64,000 bases of DNA from an uncultured Candidatus Saccharibacteria bacterium (GCA_964627085.1 CAZVIP010000003.1:19689-83688), one strand, 5' to 3'; shown: positions 38,723 through 49,575, numbered from the stretch's first letter. A program made the numbers and translations. The notes: a model not told the origin generated them from the sequence alone.

Positions 38723-38783
38723 GTGTGGATTGTATCTTGATTAATTTACCGAAGATATAATATAAAAGATTGATTACAATTTA

Positions 38784-39239
38784 TTAATTCTTCTCAGCCA
38801 CCTCCTTTAGTTTTTCGAGAGCCTTAGGCCATGTAGCAACAAAATATTCATAATATTCATCGGTTGCATCCATGTCTAATGTAAACAAAGTTGATCCATC
38901 TCTTTCTTCAAAGGTGTAGTTCTCATAACTTGGTGCCCATTTTTTAACCTCTTCACTTGTTGTGTCTTCGATACTATTACTTACATAACCATTATGTTTA
39001 ATTGAAATATATTTAAATTGAATATTATCTGCTATCTCACTAACCATACCTCCTTCACCATTAGACTTTGGGTCTAGACCAAGAAAAAGAATCTTAGAAC
39101 CCTTGTTCCAATCACCTTTAAAATAAGAACCTGGACAAAAAGCCGATGTCCATTCCCTGTACTTATTTTCATCAGTGACAGCATCCCAAACTTTTTCTAC
39201 GCTAGCATTAATCCTTATGCTTAAATTTATTTTTTTCAT
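38784..39239 (-). CDS. SRPBCC / AHSA1-domain protein
   Basis: N-terminal VEKVWDAVTDENKYREW motif and ~150 aa length. Confidence 0.65.
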   Translation of the reverse strand: MKKINLSIRINASVEKVWDAVTDENKYREWTSAFCPGSYFKGDWNKGSKILFLGLDPKSNGEGGMVSEIADNIQFKYISIKHNGYVSNSIEDTTSEEVKKWAPSYENYTFEERDGSTLFTLDMDATDEYYEYFVATWPKALEKLKEVAEKN

Positions 39240-39279
39240 ATTATTTTATTATGTTTATTTTGATTATTACTGAACGACT

Positions 39280-39678
39280 TTAATTTTTACTTTTGCGCTT
39301 ATCAGTACTTATACCCAACACCTCTGCAATCTTCTCCATTTTTTTACCCCTTGCAAGATCGTCAACAAGTTTATCTAAGTACCGCACCTTTTTGGTCAAT
39401 CGGTTATCGATCTCCTCAATCCTATAACCACATATCGACCCGGTTATATTTTTTGCATTTGGATTTAAATTGGCCTCTTCAAAAAAGCCCTTAAATGTAA
39501 TCTTTTGATCAATTAATTCACCTACTCTTTTTTTATTAAAACCAGTCAACCACTCAATCACCTGACACAACTCTTCCTTTGTTCTACCCTTCTTTTCAAC
39601 CTTTTCCACATAGCACGGATAAACAGAGGCAAAAACCATCTTAGCCATTCTATCGTTATGTTCCTTTGTAATTTTCAT
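39280..39678 (-). CDS. DUF2200-family protein
   Basis: MAKMVFASVYPCYVEKVEKKGRTKEE...WLTGF...YLDKLVDDLARGKKMEKI matches the DUF2200 family pattern I remember. Confidence 0.55.
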   Translation of the reverse strand: MKITKEHNDRMAKMVFASVYPCYVEKVEKKGRTKEELCQVIEWLTGFNKKRVGELIDQKITFKGFFEEANLNPNAKNITGSICGYRIEEIDNRLTKKVRYLDKLVDDLARGKKMEKIAEVLGISTDKRKSKN

Positions 39679-39785
39679 ATCTTACTTTTACCCAGTATTG
39701 TATCTGGATTATAGAGTTATTATGTAATAATTTTCTCATATTCCACGAAAACTTGTCTACAAAACTATTTTATCATTTTATTTTG

Positions 39786-39872
39786 CGGAGAGAGGGAGAT
39801 TCGAACTCCCGGTACCCTTTCGAATACGCCACCTTTCCAAGGTGGTACATTAGACCGCTCTGCCATCTCTCC
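39786..39872 (-). tRNA. tRNA-Ser (GGA), long variable arm
   Basis: Reverse complement: GGAGAGA TGGCAGAGCGGTCTAATGTA CCACC TTGGAAA GGTGG + long variable arm + GGGAGTTCGAATCTCCC TCTCTCC G. CCA is not encoded. Confidence 0.85.
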
Positions 39873-40037
39873 AATATATTTGATTTCACCCCTGTTTTGT
39901 TGCGCAGGCAAATATTCGTACATCTGCATTTTATACACCAAAACACATTAAGTTTATATCACATTTTTCTATAATTTTACTAAAGGAAAAATTAATGTTT
40001 ATTTGATACTCTTTTTCCATAAATTTAATGTGGCCTA

Positions 40038-42290
40038 TTGTATATTCTGCATATGCGATCTGGAGCAGAGAAAAATACTGTAAATCAAAAAGACAGAAGC
40101 ATATATGCGTTCGGTCATCCCGGGTGTATTTGTTCTGCAACACCGAGAGCGAATGTAGATAAGCCAATTTTTATTTCTGCACTTGAATCACTTTCACACC
40201 TCAGAACACTTGCGTATAGAAAGTTTGGATTAGGGCATGATTGTGAGAGTTATCTGGTAAGCGTTAATCACATGCGAAACTGTTGCCTATTTTTATCGCA
40301 GATATCAGCTGACGGGACCATAAATTATTACAATCGAAATTCTCAATTTTCTGAGTTGTATCCAGATGATATCGACGACACATTCACCTGTCTTCATATT
40401 TTAAATACATATCCAGACAGCAACCTTTTACCACCCCGTACAGGTGGTTATATACACCCAGAACTTATCGCTCGGACAATTGAGGGTTTGGATAAGATCA
40501 GGTGTAGACCATCAGATATACTAGGAGATACTGGATCTTGCCCGACCACAGATGATGGTATCTTATTTAATACTTGGTATAGCCACCTACCCCAATTCAA
40601 ATCAATTGACATTACAGCCCAAACTTCAGTAATTGCATTTTTTGATAGTGTAGGTTTTGACTGCACAAGACTTAAAGACATAGTCAACGAAGCTTTCATC
40701 CAGAGAATTCAATACGCAACATATTTTGAAGATACACTCTGCCAATTTTCTGAATTCTATCAATCACCTTTTTTGCCTATATATTTATTTAGTAGATCAA
40801 AACTAAGTGGTGATCAGCTAGAGTGTTTTGTCACATCAACATCAGCGCTATTACAGAAAAGTTTTTTCAGGCAGAACAATATTTCTTGTCACGCTTCAAG
40901 CGTGGGAAGCTGGACCAAAATAGACACACTTCTCCTTGTGTGTGCAATAAATTATCAATTACATAGCTTTCTTTCATCAAACAATACAGACCCGGACGTA
41001 CTATTAGGTGCGGGGTGTAATCAGAGCACTCGCCTTATTTATGAAATACATAAAATCAAACATATACTCAAGTATTTTGCAGGACAAAATCAAAGCAAAA
41101 TTTCATATTTAAAAGGATTGAATCCTACCAGATACCCGCTCTATATTGAGAGACAATCCGTGGAAGTAACAACATATGCACATAGCGAAACTTTTATAAA
41201 GAATATTGCAAGAGAAGCAATACTTGGGTCAAGACAAATTCTTTCTAAGTACAACAAGTCGAGTCACCTTGTGGACATTTCCACCCCGAGCTACACCTAC
41301 AAGGATCTAAACTCAATTACTCTCACCGATATTTGCACGGATGAAATACATCTTTGTCTTTTTGAATATATTGAAAAGTTTACCGCAGATGAAAAAACAT
41401 ATATTCAATCTTTAATCAGTGACCTCACAAATTCAACTGACTTTCAGATTGCAAAAGACATCTTTAATTCCAAATTTAGTCAGGTTATCACTTGTGCAAA
41501 TAAAATCGGGGGAGAAGCAGGAAGGCATATTTTTTATTTATATTCTGGAGTTTCAGAGTGGGTCACATATAGACCAGTACATCTATTATCAAATCATTTA
41601 CTCGGGATTATTGGTTTTTATCTATATGACAAAATAATCGACAAAGAGTTAAGTGTTACATATCTCCCTATATCAAAATATTGCATTCAAGTATTTGAAG
41701 AATGGCTTTGCGATATTTTCTTGTTAATTAATACAGACATGAAACTGTCCATATCTCACATACTCTATCTCATGAATATTTCATACCTTGAAGAAGTGCA
41801 AGGTAGACCAATTCCGATCAAAAATATTCACCACAAGTCTATTTGTAGCTCTATTCTGGCACTTATCGTATACCCAAAATACGCAAATCAAACCATCTCA
41901 TATTTTGAACACCTACAATGCGCAAGACAAATCTGTGATGATCACAAAGACTTTGACTCAGATTTCAAGACTGGAAAATCAACATCGATGACTCATTTCT
42001 TGCGAAATGTAAAAAACCAAAACAAAGAAAAAATAACAAGACAAAACAGCGACAATCTCATCCTTGGGCCAATACCAAAATTAGACGAAGAGAAAGTTTA
42101 CACTTACCTTACGAACAAGTGCGCCAAGACCATAGAATGTGTAGCGTACACACAAGACATAAAACTTAGACACATCTACACAAAGTACATAGAAAATCTT
42201 TGTGAAAAAATAGACAAAACAAAAATGGAGCAGAAAATACTTTCTAAACTACGAGATACCGCAGGGACACAGGGCACTCTCCCGCCTTAA
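40038..42290 (+). CDS. Large (750 aa) Cys-rich hypothetical protein with two Asp-rich DDxxD-type motifs (possible isoprenoid-synthase-like fold)
   Basis: DDIDDTF is near the N-terminus. QICDDHKDFDSDFKTGKST near residue ~640 resembles the second Asp-rich motif of trans-prenyl/terpene synthases. There are many Cys residues. The gene has the AT-rich host-like composition. Confidence 0.6.
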   Translation: MYILHMRSGAEKNTVNQKDRSIYAFGHPGCICSATPRANVDKPIFISALESLSHLRTLAYRKFGLGHDCESYLVSVNHMRNCCLFLSQISADGTINYYNRNSQFSELYPDDIDDTFTCLHILNTYPDSNLLPPRTGGYIHPELIARTIEGLDKIRCRPSDILGDTGSCPTTDDGILFNTWYSHLPQFKSIDITAQTSVIAFFDSVGFDCTRLKDIVNEAFIQRIQYATYFEDTLCQFSEFYQSPFLPIYLFSRSKLSGDQLECFVTSTSALLQKSFFRQNNISCHASSVGSWTKIDTLLLVCAINYQLHSFLSSNNTDPDVLLGAGCNQSTRLIYEIHKIKHILKYFAGQNQSKISYLKGLNPTRYPLYIERQSVEVTTYAHSETFIKNIAREAILGSRQILSKYNKSSHLVDISTPSYTYKDLNSITLTDICTDEIHLCLFEYIEKFTADEKTYIQSLISDLTNSTDFQIAKDIFNSKFSQVITCANKIGGEAGRHIFYLYSGVSEWVTYRPVHLLSNHLLGIIGFYLYDKIIDKELSVTYLPISKYCIQVFEEWLCDIFLLINTDMKLSISHILYLMNISYLEEVQGRPIPIKNIHHKSICSSILALIVYPKYANQTISYFEHLQCARQICDDHKDFDSDFKTGKSTSMTHFLRNVKNQNKEKITRQNSDNLILGPIPKLDEEKVYTYLTNKCAKTIECVAYTQDIKLRHIYTKYIENLCEKIDKTKMEQKILSKLRDTAGTQGTLPP

Positions 42291-42953
42291 TTATCTCCCA
42301 CTAAACGCCTCTGCGAGTGGCTTGCCATTCAAGAATACCGCAACAGTAGATGGTGCGTATACAGCATCAAGTGTTTTTTGGATCTGTGCGACAACTCGTG
42401 GACCATCACACACCCCGCCGATTTTTGGTGTGCCAACTAGTCTAACTTCGTACTGACCTGGAATATCTTTGATGGTCTTGATTGTAATTTTTGATCCAGC
42501 AAGAACATTGTATGGCTGTGTTGCTTTTGATGGATTCAATTTCTCTAGACCTTCAAACACTGTATTGTCAAAAAGCTGTCCAAGAACATATGTTGTTGCA
42601 TCTGCTTTTGTTGTTGCAAAAAGATCACCTACTGGAATTTCATACGCAACAACAGCGTCGCCACAACCAATACTCTGCGGATCAGTTGTATTACTTCCAA
42701 ACTTTTCTAAATCAATATAGTAAAGACTTGCTTTTGAAAGAGGTGCATCGAATACTTTTGCAGGATCTGGAACATCTTGCATTACAGCCTTATCAACATA
42801 CTGTTTCGGGTTAGAATCTGATGATCTGATAAGGAACACGAATGCGAAGATCGCCATTATTCCAACAACAAAAGCGGTAGTAAAAATCCTTCTATTTGAT
42901 GTAGGGATTTTTGAGATTGGATTCTGATTTGAATTTGGGTTTTGATTTGTCAT
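42291..42953 (-). CDS. Membrane-anchored GerMN-like domain protein (tentative)
   Basis: N-terminal TM helix. The C-terminal domain carries LDAVYAPSTVAVFLNGKPL, similar to GerMN/Gmad2-type domains. Confidence 0.45.
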   Translation of the reverse strand: MTNQNPNSNQNPISKIPTSNRRIFTTAFVVGIMAIFAFVFLIRSSDSNPKQYVDKAVMQDVPDPAKVFDAPLSKASLYYIDLEKFGSNTTDPQSIGCGDAVVAYEIPVGDLFATTKADATTYVLGQLFDNTVFEGLEKLNPSKATQPYNVLAGSKITIKTIKDIPGQYEVRLVGTPKIGGVCDGPRVVAQIQKTLDAVYAPSTVAVFLNGKPLAEAFSGR

Positions 42954-43136
42954 TGTTTAAGTTTTAGGCTTTTGTCTAAATTGTGTAAAGCTTTATATTA
43001 CCCCTATATTTTACTATTTTTATTGATTTTACTCAAACATGCAGGATGCTCAGCAATCCGTAGACATTCTCCAAACCCCATTCAGACATAGTTACCTGAT
43101 AAGCCCTTGGCAGACTTCGGGATTGTTGCACAGGAA

Positions 43137-44042
43137 CTATTTTACACTTGATCTAAGCATTGCGATCCTCTCCTCTGCCGGTGGATGTGTCATAAAAAGG
43201 GCGTGAATACCTTTACCAGCAAGACCACCAAATGGATTTGAAATATAAAGGTGTGCAGTCGCGTCTCGTGCCGTCTCCATCGGCTCAGCATGTGTTGATA
43301 TTTTCTCAAGTGCCTTTGCGAGCCCTTCTGGATTTCTTGTTAAAAGAGCAGCGCTTGCATCTGCAAGAAACTCACGTTTGCGTGAAATAGCAAGGCGAAT
43401 CAATAAACCCGCAAGCGGCGCAAGTAAGATGAGTATAAAACCTATAATTATAGAGACACCACCCCTATTATCCTGACCATCCCTCGCACCAAAACCACCA
43501 AATAGCGCAGAGCGCAAAAAGATATCAGATGCAATAGAAAGAAACCCTGCAAGGACAACTGCAATTGTTGAGATTAAAATATCCTTATTTCCGATATGAG
43601 ATAGCTCATGTGCAAGTACACCCTCTAATTCTGATCTATCTAATATTCGAAGGAGTCCTGTAGTCACCGCAATTGCACTATGATTTTTATTTCTACCAGT
43701 TGCGAAAGCATTCGGCACCTGATCTTGGACCAGATACAAACGTGGCACAGGAAGGCCTGCGGTAATACACAAGTTCTCAACCATTCTACGGAGCTCAATA
43801 TATTCAGGGTCTTGTGGACCAATTTCCACTGCCTTTGCCATTTTGAGAGCAACAGTATCAGAATACCAATAGCTAAAAAAGTTCAATACCACACTAAAGA
43901 CTACCGCCCCATATAATATCGATCGGCTATTGAAATAAAAACTCAAAAACCAACCAACAGCAATAATAAGCGAAAACAGGAAGACCATGAGAAACAGTGT
44001 CTTTGTATTATTAGATTCCTGGTGTGTGTATAGTGTTGCCAT
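43137..44042 (-). CDS. htpX: Protease HtpX (M48 zinc metalloprotease)
   Basis: HELSHI zinc motif, TM helices and an HtpX-like N-terminus are present. Confidence 0.85.
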   Translation of the reverse strand: MATLYTHQESNNTKTLFLMVFLFSLIIAVGWFLSFYFNSRSILYGAVVFSVVLNFFSYWYSDTVALKMAKAVEIGPQDPEYIELRRMVENLCITAGLPVPRLYLVQDQVPNAFATGRNKNHSAIAVTTGLLRILDRSELEGVLAHELSHIGNKDILISTIAVVLAGFLSIASDIFLRSALFGGFGARDGQDNRGGVSIIIGFILILLAPLAGLLIRLAISRKREFLADASAALLTRNPEGLAKALEKISTHAEPMETARDATAHLYISNPFGGLAGKGIHALFMTHPPAEERIAMLRSSVK

Positions 44043-44072
44043 AAATACGCAATTATTAACTCTGGTTACTTG

Positions 44073-44642
44073 CTAGAATTTTACCTCCACTGGATTTTGC
44101 ACTGCAGTTTTTTCAGCTTCTGGAATTTCAAAAAATGACATTTTGGTGAAATGAAACATGCCAGCAATGACATTAGATGGAAATGTGTCGATTGAAATAT
44201 TTAATTCACGAACATTACTATTGTAAAAACGTCGTGCTGCCTGAATTTTGTTTTCGGTATCAGATAATTCACGCTGCAATTCCAAGAAGTTTTGATTTGC
44301 CTTGAGATCAGGATATGCCTCAGAGAGTGCAAAGATAGATTTGAGTGACTGACTAATACTGTCTTCTTTTTTGGCACGGTCTTCGATTGATGCATGTTCA
44401 TCGATGGCGTTTATTGCCTGATTTCTCGCCGAGACCACAGCATCAAGTGTGCTTGCCTCATGGGTCGCATAACCTTTAACAGTATTCACGAGGTTTGGAA
44501 TAAGATCGTATCTGCGCTTGAGTTGGATATCAATATCGGCCCATGCCTCTTTTGCCCTATTGATATTCTTAATAAACCCATTATAAAGACCGATAAAACC
44601 CAGAACGAAAGCCAAGACGATGATTGTAACAATAATTAACAT
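44073..44642 (-). CDS. lemA: LemA-family protein
   Basis: N-terminal TM helix plus the LemA pattern (NxxxKEAWADIDIQLKRRYDLIPNLV...). It is paired with htpX in the classic arrangement. Confidence 0.8.
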   Translation of the reverse strand: MLIIVTIIVLAFVLGFIGLYNGFIKNINRAKEAWADIDIQLKRRYDLIPNLVNTVKGYATHEASTLDAVVSARNQAINAIDEHASIEDRAKKEDSISQSLKSIFALSEAYPDLKANQNFLELQRELSDTENKIQAARRFYNSNVRELNISIDTFPSNVIAGMFHFTKMSFFEIPEAEKTAVQNPVEVKF

Positions 44643-44829
44643 ATGACTATAATTATACCCCTACTAAATAATGTGTATACCCCGAAGAGTATAGCGGTGT
44701 TTTGTGGGGCAATATATGCACCGCCACCTTTTAACCTACAAAATGTCAGTTTGCACATATTAATACGCACAAAATTCCATTAAATTTCACATAATCAACC
44801 ACCAGTTGGTTATGATTTACCAGGCTCGA

Positions 44830-45813
44830 TTATTTGTCTGAGGCCGTATCTTTGCTCTCACTTTCACTATGAGCCGCTGTGATTTCCTCCGCTGTATGAG
44901 TCTTTCGAACATCTTTAATCATAAGCAGGATAAAGAGCACCTCAAGCGGAACGATAACAAAATTTGAACCAATAAATGGAATCAGGAATGCAACGAGACC
45001 AATGACAGTGGCAAATGTTCTTGAATAGAGACCAATTGAGTATGCAGTTTTGAATGGCTGTGGTTTTTTGAGTAATCTGAAGATAAGCCAAGCTGCGAAA
45101 CCATAGAGCAATGATGCGAAGAGTGCACCAATATAGAGTGTTGCGAGCAAGAAGAAAAAGGCAATGAACGGCAAGAAGCGAGCAAAGTCTTTTATCCATG
45201 CTGTTTTTTCCAGTAACCACTTTTCATCAATGACAAGGTCGAGATCCTTCATGTCTTTGAATTGCGTAATAGTAATTCTACCTGTATCCCCTTTGAAAAT
45301 AATACCGTCTGCAGTCACAAGTACGAATGTATCTTTTTTCTCAAGATCTGCAGGTGTTGTAGAAGCAGTCACATCAAGGACGAGCAAATTCTTTATACCA
45401 AGCACACTTACAGGTACAGCAGATGCGATAGTCGATGTTGATGTGATGCCTGGGTTAGCTTGCCCCTCGTTTGTGCTAATGACCTGATTTGTTGTATCAA
45501 CAATTGACTGTTTGATACGCACACTTCTTTCATCTTGTGGCAAAGGCACGACAATTGGATTTGAGTTTGTTTCCAACCTACCGTCTTTGACTAAGACTTC
45601 TGCACCTTTTGGTAAAATATTTTGTGCGAGATTATCAATTGCTGGTAAAACCTGTGCGATATTTATTGATAATAATATTGTGAGAAAGAGCGCTGCAATA
45701 ATTTGTAATTTAAAAACAAAACCGAAGCCTATCTTTTTTTCACCTCGAATTACACTGAGGTAAAAATCCTTTTTGGTGAGCGAATTAATTAGTGTGTGGA
45801 AAAATTTCATCAT
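44830..45813 (-). CDS. DUF1189-family membrane protein
   Basis: The N-terminus MMKFFHTLINSLTKKDFYLSVIRGEKKIGFGFVF... resembles the DUF1189 start. C-terminal TM helices are present. Confidence 0.55.
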   Translation of the reverse strand: MMKFFHTLINSLTKKDFYLSVIRGEKKIGFGFVFKLQIIAALFLTILLSINIAQVLPAIDNLAQNILPKGAEVLVKDGRLETNSNPIVVPLPQDERSVRIKQSIVDTTNQVISTNEGQANPGITSTSTIASAVPVSVLGIKNLLVLDVTASTTPADLEKKDTFVLVTADGIIFKGDTGRITITQFKDMKDLDLVIDEKWLLEKTAWIKDFARFLPFIAFFFLLATLYIGALFASLLYGFAAWLIFRLLKKPQPFKTAYSIGLYSRTFATVIGLVAFLIPFIGSNFVIVPLEVLFILLMIKDVRKTHTAEEITAAHSESESKDTASDK

Positions 45814-45842
45814 TTGCCTATTTTAACATACTATTAAAGGAT

Positions 45843-47114
45843 ATGAGTAGAAAACCAGTACTAGCAATATGTCTTGTCGGCCTTTTATCAGTAGGCGCGC
45901 TTAGTGCACTTTGTATTTCCAAGGCAGTCTTTTCGGCACAGGAAATGACCGGGACAAGTTCTGCTCTCGCACCAGACATACAAGATAGCAACCTTCTCTC
46001 ACCTACACCTTCTGCCTCTTCCACTTTTTCACTTCTATTTTTTGGAGACATGATGTTCGATAGAGGTGTGCGCACACAAATCAAGAAAATCGGCGAAGAT
46101 ACTGTTTTCAAAGACTTTACCAAGAAACTCGCGAGTCAATATGATCTCACTATCGCGAACCTCGAAGGACCTGTCACAAACTCAAAATCAAAGTTGGTAA
46201 ATTCTGCAGGTAAAGCAATCCCTGGTTTTACATTTACATTTCCAACATCAACCGCAACTCTTTTGCGAGATAGCGGTGTCGACATAGTGAGTCTCGCAAA
46301 TAATCATACTCAGAATTTTGGACAAAGCGGTCTCAAGGAAACCGCCTTATGGCTTGATAAAGCTAATGTGAATTTTTTTGGTAATCCGACAAATACAAAT
46401 CTAGTGAATATAAATTCCGCGAGTGTGAATTCTACGAGCACAAATTCCGTGGGTGCAAACACAAACCTCACTGGCACCAACTCCGGGATTAATTCAATTT
46501 CAAAAAGGCAGTGTTATAACCAAGACGCAATTTGTATCACATTTATCGGTTGGCATGAATTTGCATATCAAAACAATGCTGAAGTCATCAAAGAAATCAA
46601 ACGAGCCAAAAACGAAATTACTGACATCACTGGTAAACACAGACAATCAGATCTTATCATTGTCCTGCCACATTGGGGTATTGAATATAAAAACAATCCA
46701 AGCAAAAACCAAATCACCCTCGCCTATACCTGGATTGATGCAGGTGCTGATATGGTCGTCGGATCACACCCTCATGTCATACAACCCATTGAAATGTATA
46801 AAGATAAATTGATTTTTTATTCACTTGGAAATTATATATTTGATCAATATTTTTCTTTTGATACCACTCACGGTCTCGCTGTTGGCCTGACATATTCTTT
46901 GAATCCTTTGGAGAAAAACCCAGATGGACAACCCGTAGCACGTATAAAACTAAACTCAATCAAATTAATTCCAATCGAAATTACTGGTACAAAATTGCAG
47001 GAAATATCTGAGACAAATAAAAACACTATGCTAAAGAAATTGGAAAATATTTCGTCCTCTTTCCTCCCAAAAAACAAACTCGAACAGATAAAGAGTGGTG
47101 AAATCGGTTTTTAG
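45843..47114 (+). CDS. CapA / PGA_cap family (poly-gamma-glutamate synthesis-type metallophosphatase) protein
   Basis: Signal/TM start. The blocks LLFFGDMMFDRGV, ANLEGPVT, IVSLANNHTQNFG, HWGIEY and GADMVVGSHPHVIQP match CapA. Confidence 0.7.
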   Translation: MSRKPVLAICLVGLLSVGALSALCISKAVFSAQEMTGTSSALAPDIQDSNLLSPTPSASSTFSLLFFGDMMFDRGVRTQIKKIGEDTVFKDFTKKLASQYDLTIANLEGPVTNSKSKLVNSAGKAIPGFTFTFPTSTATLLRDSGVDIVSLANNHTQNFGQSGLKETALWLDKANVNFFGNPTNTNLVNINSASVNSTSTNSVGANTNLTGTNSGINSISKRQCYNQDAICITFIGWHEFAYQNNAEVIKEIKRAKNEITDITGKHRQSDLIIVLPHWGIEYKNNPSKNQITLAYTWIDAGADMVVGSHPHVIQPIEMYKDKLIFYSLGNYIFDQYFSFDTTHGLAVGLTYSLNPLEKNPDGQPVARIKLNSIKLIPIEITGTKLQEISETNKNTMLKKLENISSSFLPKNKLEQIKSGEIGF

Positions 47115-47126
47115 TTTTAGTTTTAA

Positions 47127-47834
47127 TTATTCAATCGAAAAAGAGCGCAATGCCTTGTCAGCATTACCAATAAATGTTTGCACATCACGATCGGTATCAG
47201 CAATTGGACCCGTACTTGAAATAAAAGCAGAAAAAGCATAATAGATTTTTGTGCCGGCTCGATAAAAATAGATACGTCCTTTTGCCACCATTTCTGAATT
47301 TGAATAACCATCATAATCGACAATGAACCCAGCGAGTGCATGCGGATATGATAATTTTTGAGTTTTTGTGTTTTTGATTTCTATATCTTTTTGACTCAAA
47401 GCCTTGAGCGCAACAGACACTGCTGTATCTTCAGAATATGATTCAATCTCCTCTTCGGTACTACCCAGCGATGTGAATGTATCTTTTGCAATTGCGATAT
47501 ACCCCACTCGTGCAGGACTATCGGCAGAACCACCGACAGTACCACTTGCAATATATTCAGATGAAAACACTGGAACAAAGCTTGGAATATTTTTTGGATC
47601 AACCATTGTCCAAGATTTTGGATATGAAAAACTAATATTATTTTTGATATCGATAAATGTTGCATCCTCACCCTTTTTTGTCTCCGTAATCTGAACTGCT
47701 TGGGTATTAAATAGTTTTGGGCTCTTTACTATTTGAATAGTGAAAAAGAGCGCAGCCACAATCACAATAATCACCACACCAATGAGCAATGTTTTCATAC
47801 TGAATATGATACTGCGGATTTTTGTTATTGTCAT
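47127..47834 (-). CDS. Membrane-anchored hypothetical protein
   Basis: TM helix followed by a ~200-aa extracytoplasmic domain of no recognised family. Confidence 0.5.
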   Translation of the reverse strand: MTITKIRSIIFSMKTLLIGVVIIVIVAALFFTIQIVKSPKLFNTQAVQITETKKGEDATFIDIKNNISFSYPKSWTMVDPKNIPSFVPVFSSEYIASGTVGGSADSPARVGYIAIAKDTFTSLGSTEEEIESYSEDTAVSVALKALSQKDIEIKNTKTQKLSYPHALAGFIVDYDGYSNSEMVAKGRIYFYRAGTKIYYAFSAFISSTGPIADTDRDVQTFIGNADKALRSFSIE

Positions 47835-47892
47835 ATTTTTTCAATCCACTTTCAAAATACAGTGGAAAAAATATAATAGAAATTAGAGATAA

Positions 47893-47947
47893 GAAAAAGG
47901 TCCGCCGATCATGCAATTACACATGATGGCGGACCCTCGTTTTTTTG
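47893..47947. terminator. Hairpin terminator downstream of purC (bidirectional character)
   Basis: ggtccgcc(g)atcatg...catgatggcggacc stem with flanking A-run and T-run. Confidence 0.6.
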
Positions 47948-47993
47948 GCGATTTCTTAACATTTTTCAGCTACTCGCCTACATTGCACAGAGT

Positions 47994-49055
47994 CTAAGCC
48001 TGGTAACCAAAAGGATTCAAACCTTGTGCCAGGGATGCTCCGTAACCATAGACCTCAAGAATTTGCCGATGTAGTTCAGGGCTATTTGGGTCACCTGTCC
48101 ATTTACGAAACAGGTCCTTATCGAGCCTTCCGGCGCCAGACAATTGTTTAAGGCGCAGAGAATCTAGATCAACACAATCACCAACCTTGAGCCAGTTTGT
48201 AGGAATTGAAATACTGGCTAGCTCCGGAGACCAAATTCCAGCGCGTCCGCATTCGATCTTGAAGTCGATGAGGTTCATACCTTGGCTCGCAAACAGTTTT
48301 TTCAGTGAACGGAAAGCACTGAAGGTTATATCCCGTAACTTGCCCACAAATTCTGCAAAATGTTCAGGGTGCTCAATTGGCTGATAACCAAGGAAAGCAC
48401 CTTCTGCACCCATTGGTTTTTGAGGGTCATAAAGGAGACCATGATTGCCAACAGCGTCGAACCTGAGCATAGGATCATGCCTTGCATCATCCTTAATGAA
48501 GATTTCGAATGGGTATGGGTTGAGTTCCCGCCCTTCTTCTACACCTGGATTACGACGAAGGTATGAACCAAACGCTAACGCTCGCATCACGAGCTCGTAT
48601 TTCTCCATCTCCGCCAAATTCATCAGATAGACATCACCTCTCGCGGCAATACCACGCACTGAAACATCAACAGTGAGACTTGGTGACGCGTCTGGAACAG
48701 AAGCTTGACGCTTTCCGAGGACAATGCCCAGGTGCTCATGTTCCAAAACCTCATCCTTATCCACGAAATGTGTTGGGACATTATCGCGCTCCAGATGTCT
48801 GAATAGTGCGACTGTAGTTGTGGTTTTCAAGCAGCCGAGTCCAGTGATGACAGTGCTTTTTGCGCCGTCACCAGCGGTCAAAGTGTCTTTGGTCTGGACA
48901 AGAACAAGGCTTTTACCTTCGATGATTGGTTTACCGTCTGGACCTACAAATTTATAGACCCTTTTGGTTTTTCCTTCGATGAGGAGTGGAAATGGAAGTG
49001 CTGGTTCATCAGAACCTGTGGCCGCCGAAGCGGAAGTTACTGTGTTATCACTCAT
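47994..49055 (-). CDS. purC: Phosphoribosylaminoimidazole-succinocarboxamide synthase (SAICAR synthetase)
   Basis: LIEGKTKRVY, TAGDGAK, ELNPYPFEIFIKDDARHDPML and LIDFKIECG align with conserved PurC blocks. The gene is GC-rich relative to its flanks. Confidence 0.75.
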   Translation of the reverse strand: MSDNTVTSASAATGSDEPALPFPLLIEGKTKRVYKFVGPDGKPIIEGKSLVLVQTKDTLTAGDGAKSTVITGLGCLKTTTTVALFRHLERDNVPTHFVDKDEVLEHEHLGIVLGKRQASVPDASPSLTVDVSVRGIAARGDVYLMNLAEMEKYELVMRALAFGSYLRRNPGVEEGRELNPYPFEIFIKDDARHDPMLRFDAVGNHGLLYDPQKPMGAEGAFLGYQPIEHPEHFAEFVGKLRDITFSAFRSLKKLFASQGMNLIDFKIECGRAGIWSPELASISIPTNWLKVGDCVDLDSLRLKQLSGAGRLDKDLFRKWTGDPNSPELHRQILEVYGYGASLAQGLNPFGYQA

Positions 49056-49344
49056 AATTTAGAATGCCATGTTATGGCTTGTTTTTGGTTGTATTTGCTG
49101 ATTTCGACCCAATTATTACCGGTTTGGCAATAAAAGGTCTTTTTTTGTGGAATTTGGGTTACCCCGAGAATTTGCAGGAAACTTTTTGAATTTGATATCT
49201 CAAAGATCTGCAACTGGGAGGAATAGTACAGATAAGCCACGTCTTGGGCAAGCTTTGCCTATAAATAACCCTATTTCACATAAATATTAACAGATATACA
49301 CGTCCTATATTGCAAAAAAAACTGAATATGCTAATCTAATACCG

Positions 49345-49575
49345 ATGGATATTATCTCTACACTCCCAGTGATTCAGATCATACTTGCTGTACTCCTTAC
49401 AGTGAGCGTACTACTTCAGCAGTCAGATGCTGGGGCTGGTGGCGCATTTGGTGGCAGCGATTCTGTTTCAACCTGGAAGACACGCAGAGGCTTCGAAAAG
49501 TTTTTATTTTTCTTTACGATTGTTGTCGCAATACTATTTGTTGCTTCAGCTATCGTTGCGCTTCGAATTGGTTAA
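49345..49575 (+). CDS. secG: Preprotein translocase subunit SecG
   Basis: LLQQSDAGAGGAFGGS between two TM helices; 76 aa. Confidence 0.8.
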   Translation: MDIISTLPVIQIILAVLLTVSVLLQQSDAGAGGAFGGSDSVSTWKTRRGFEKFLFFFTIVVAILFVASAIVALRIG

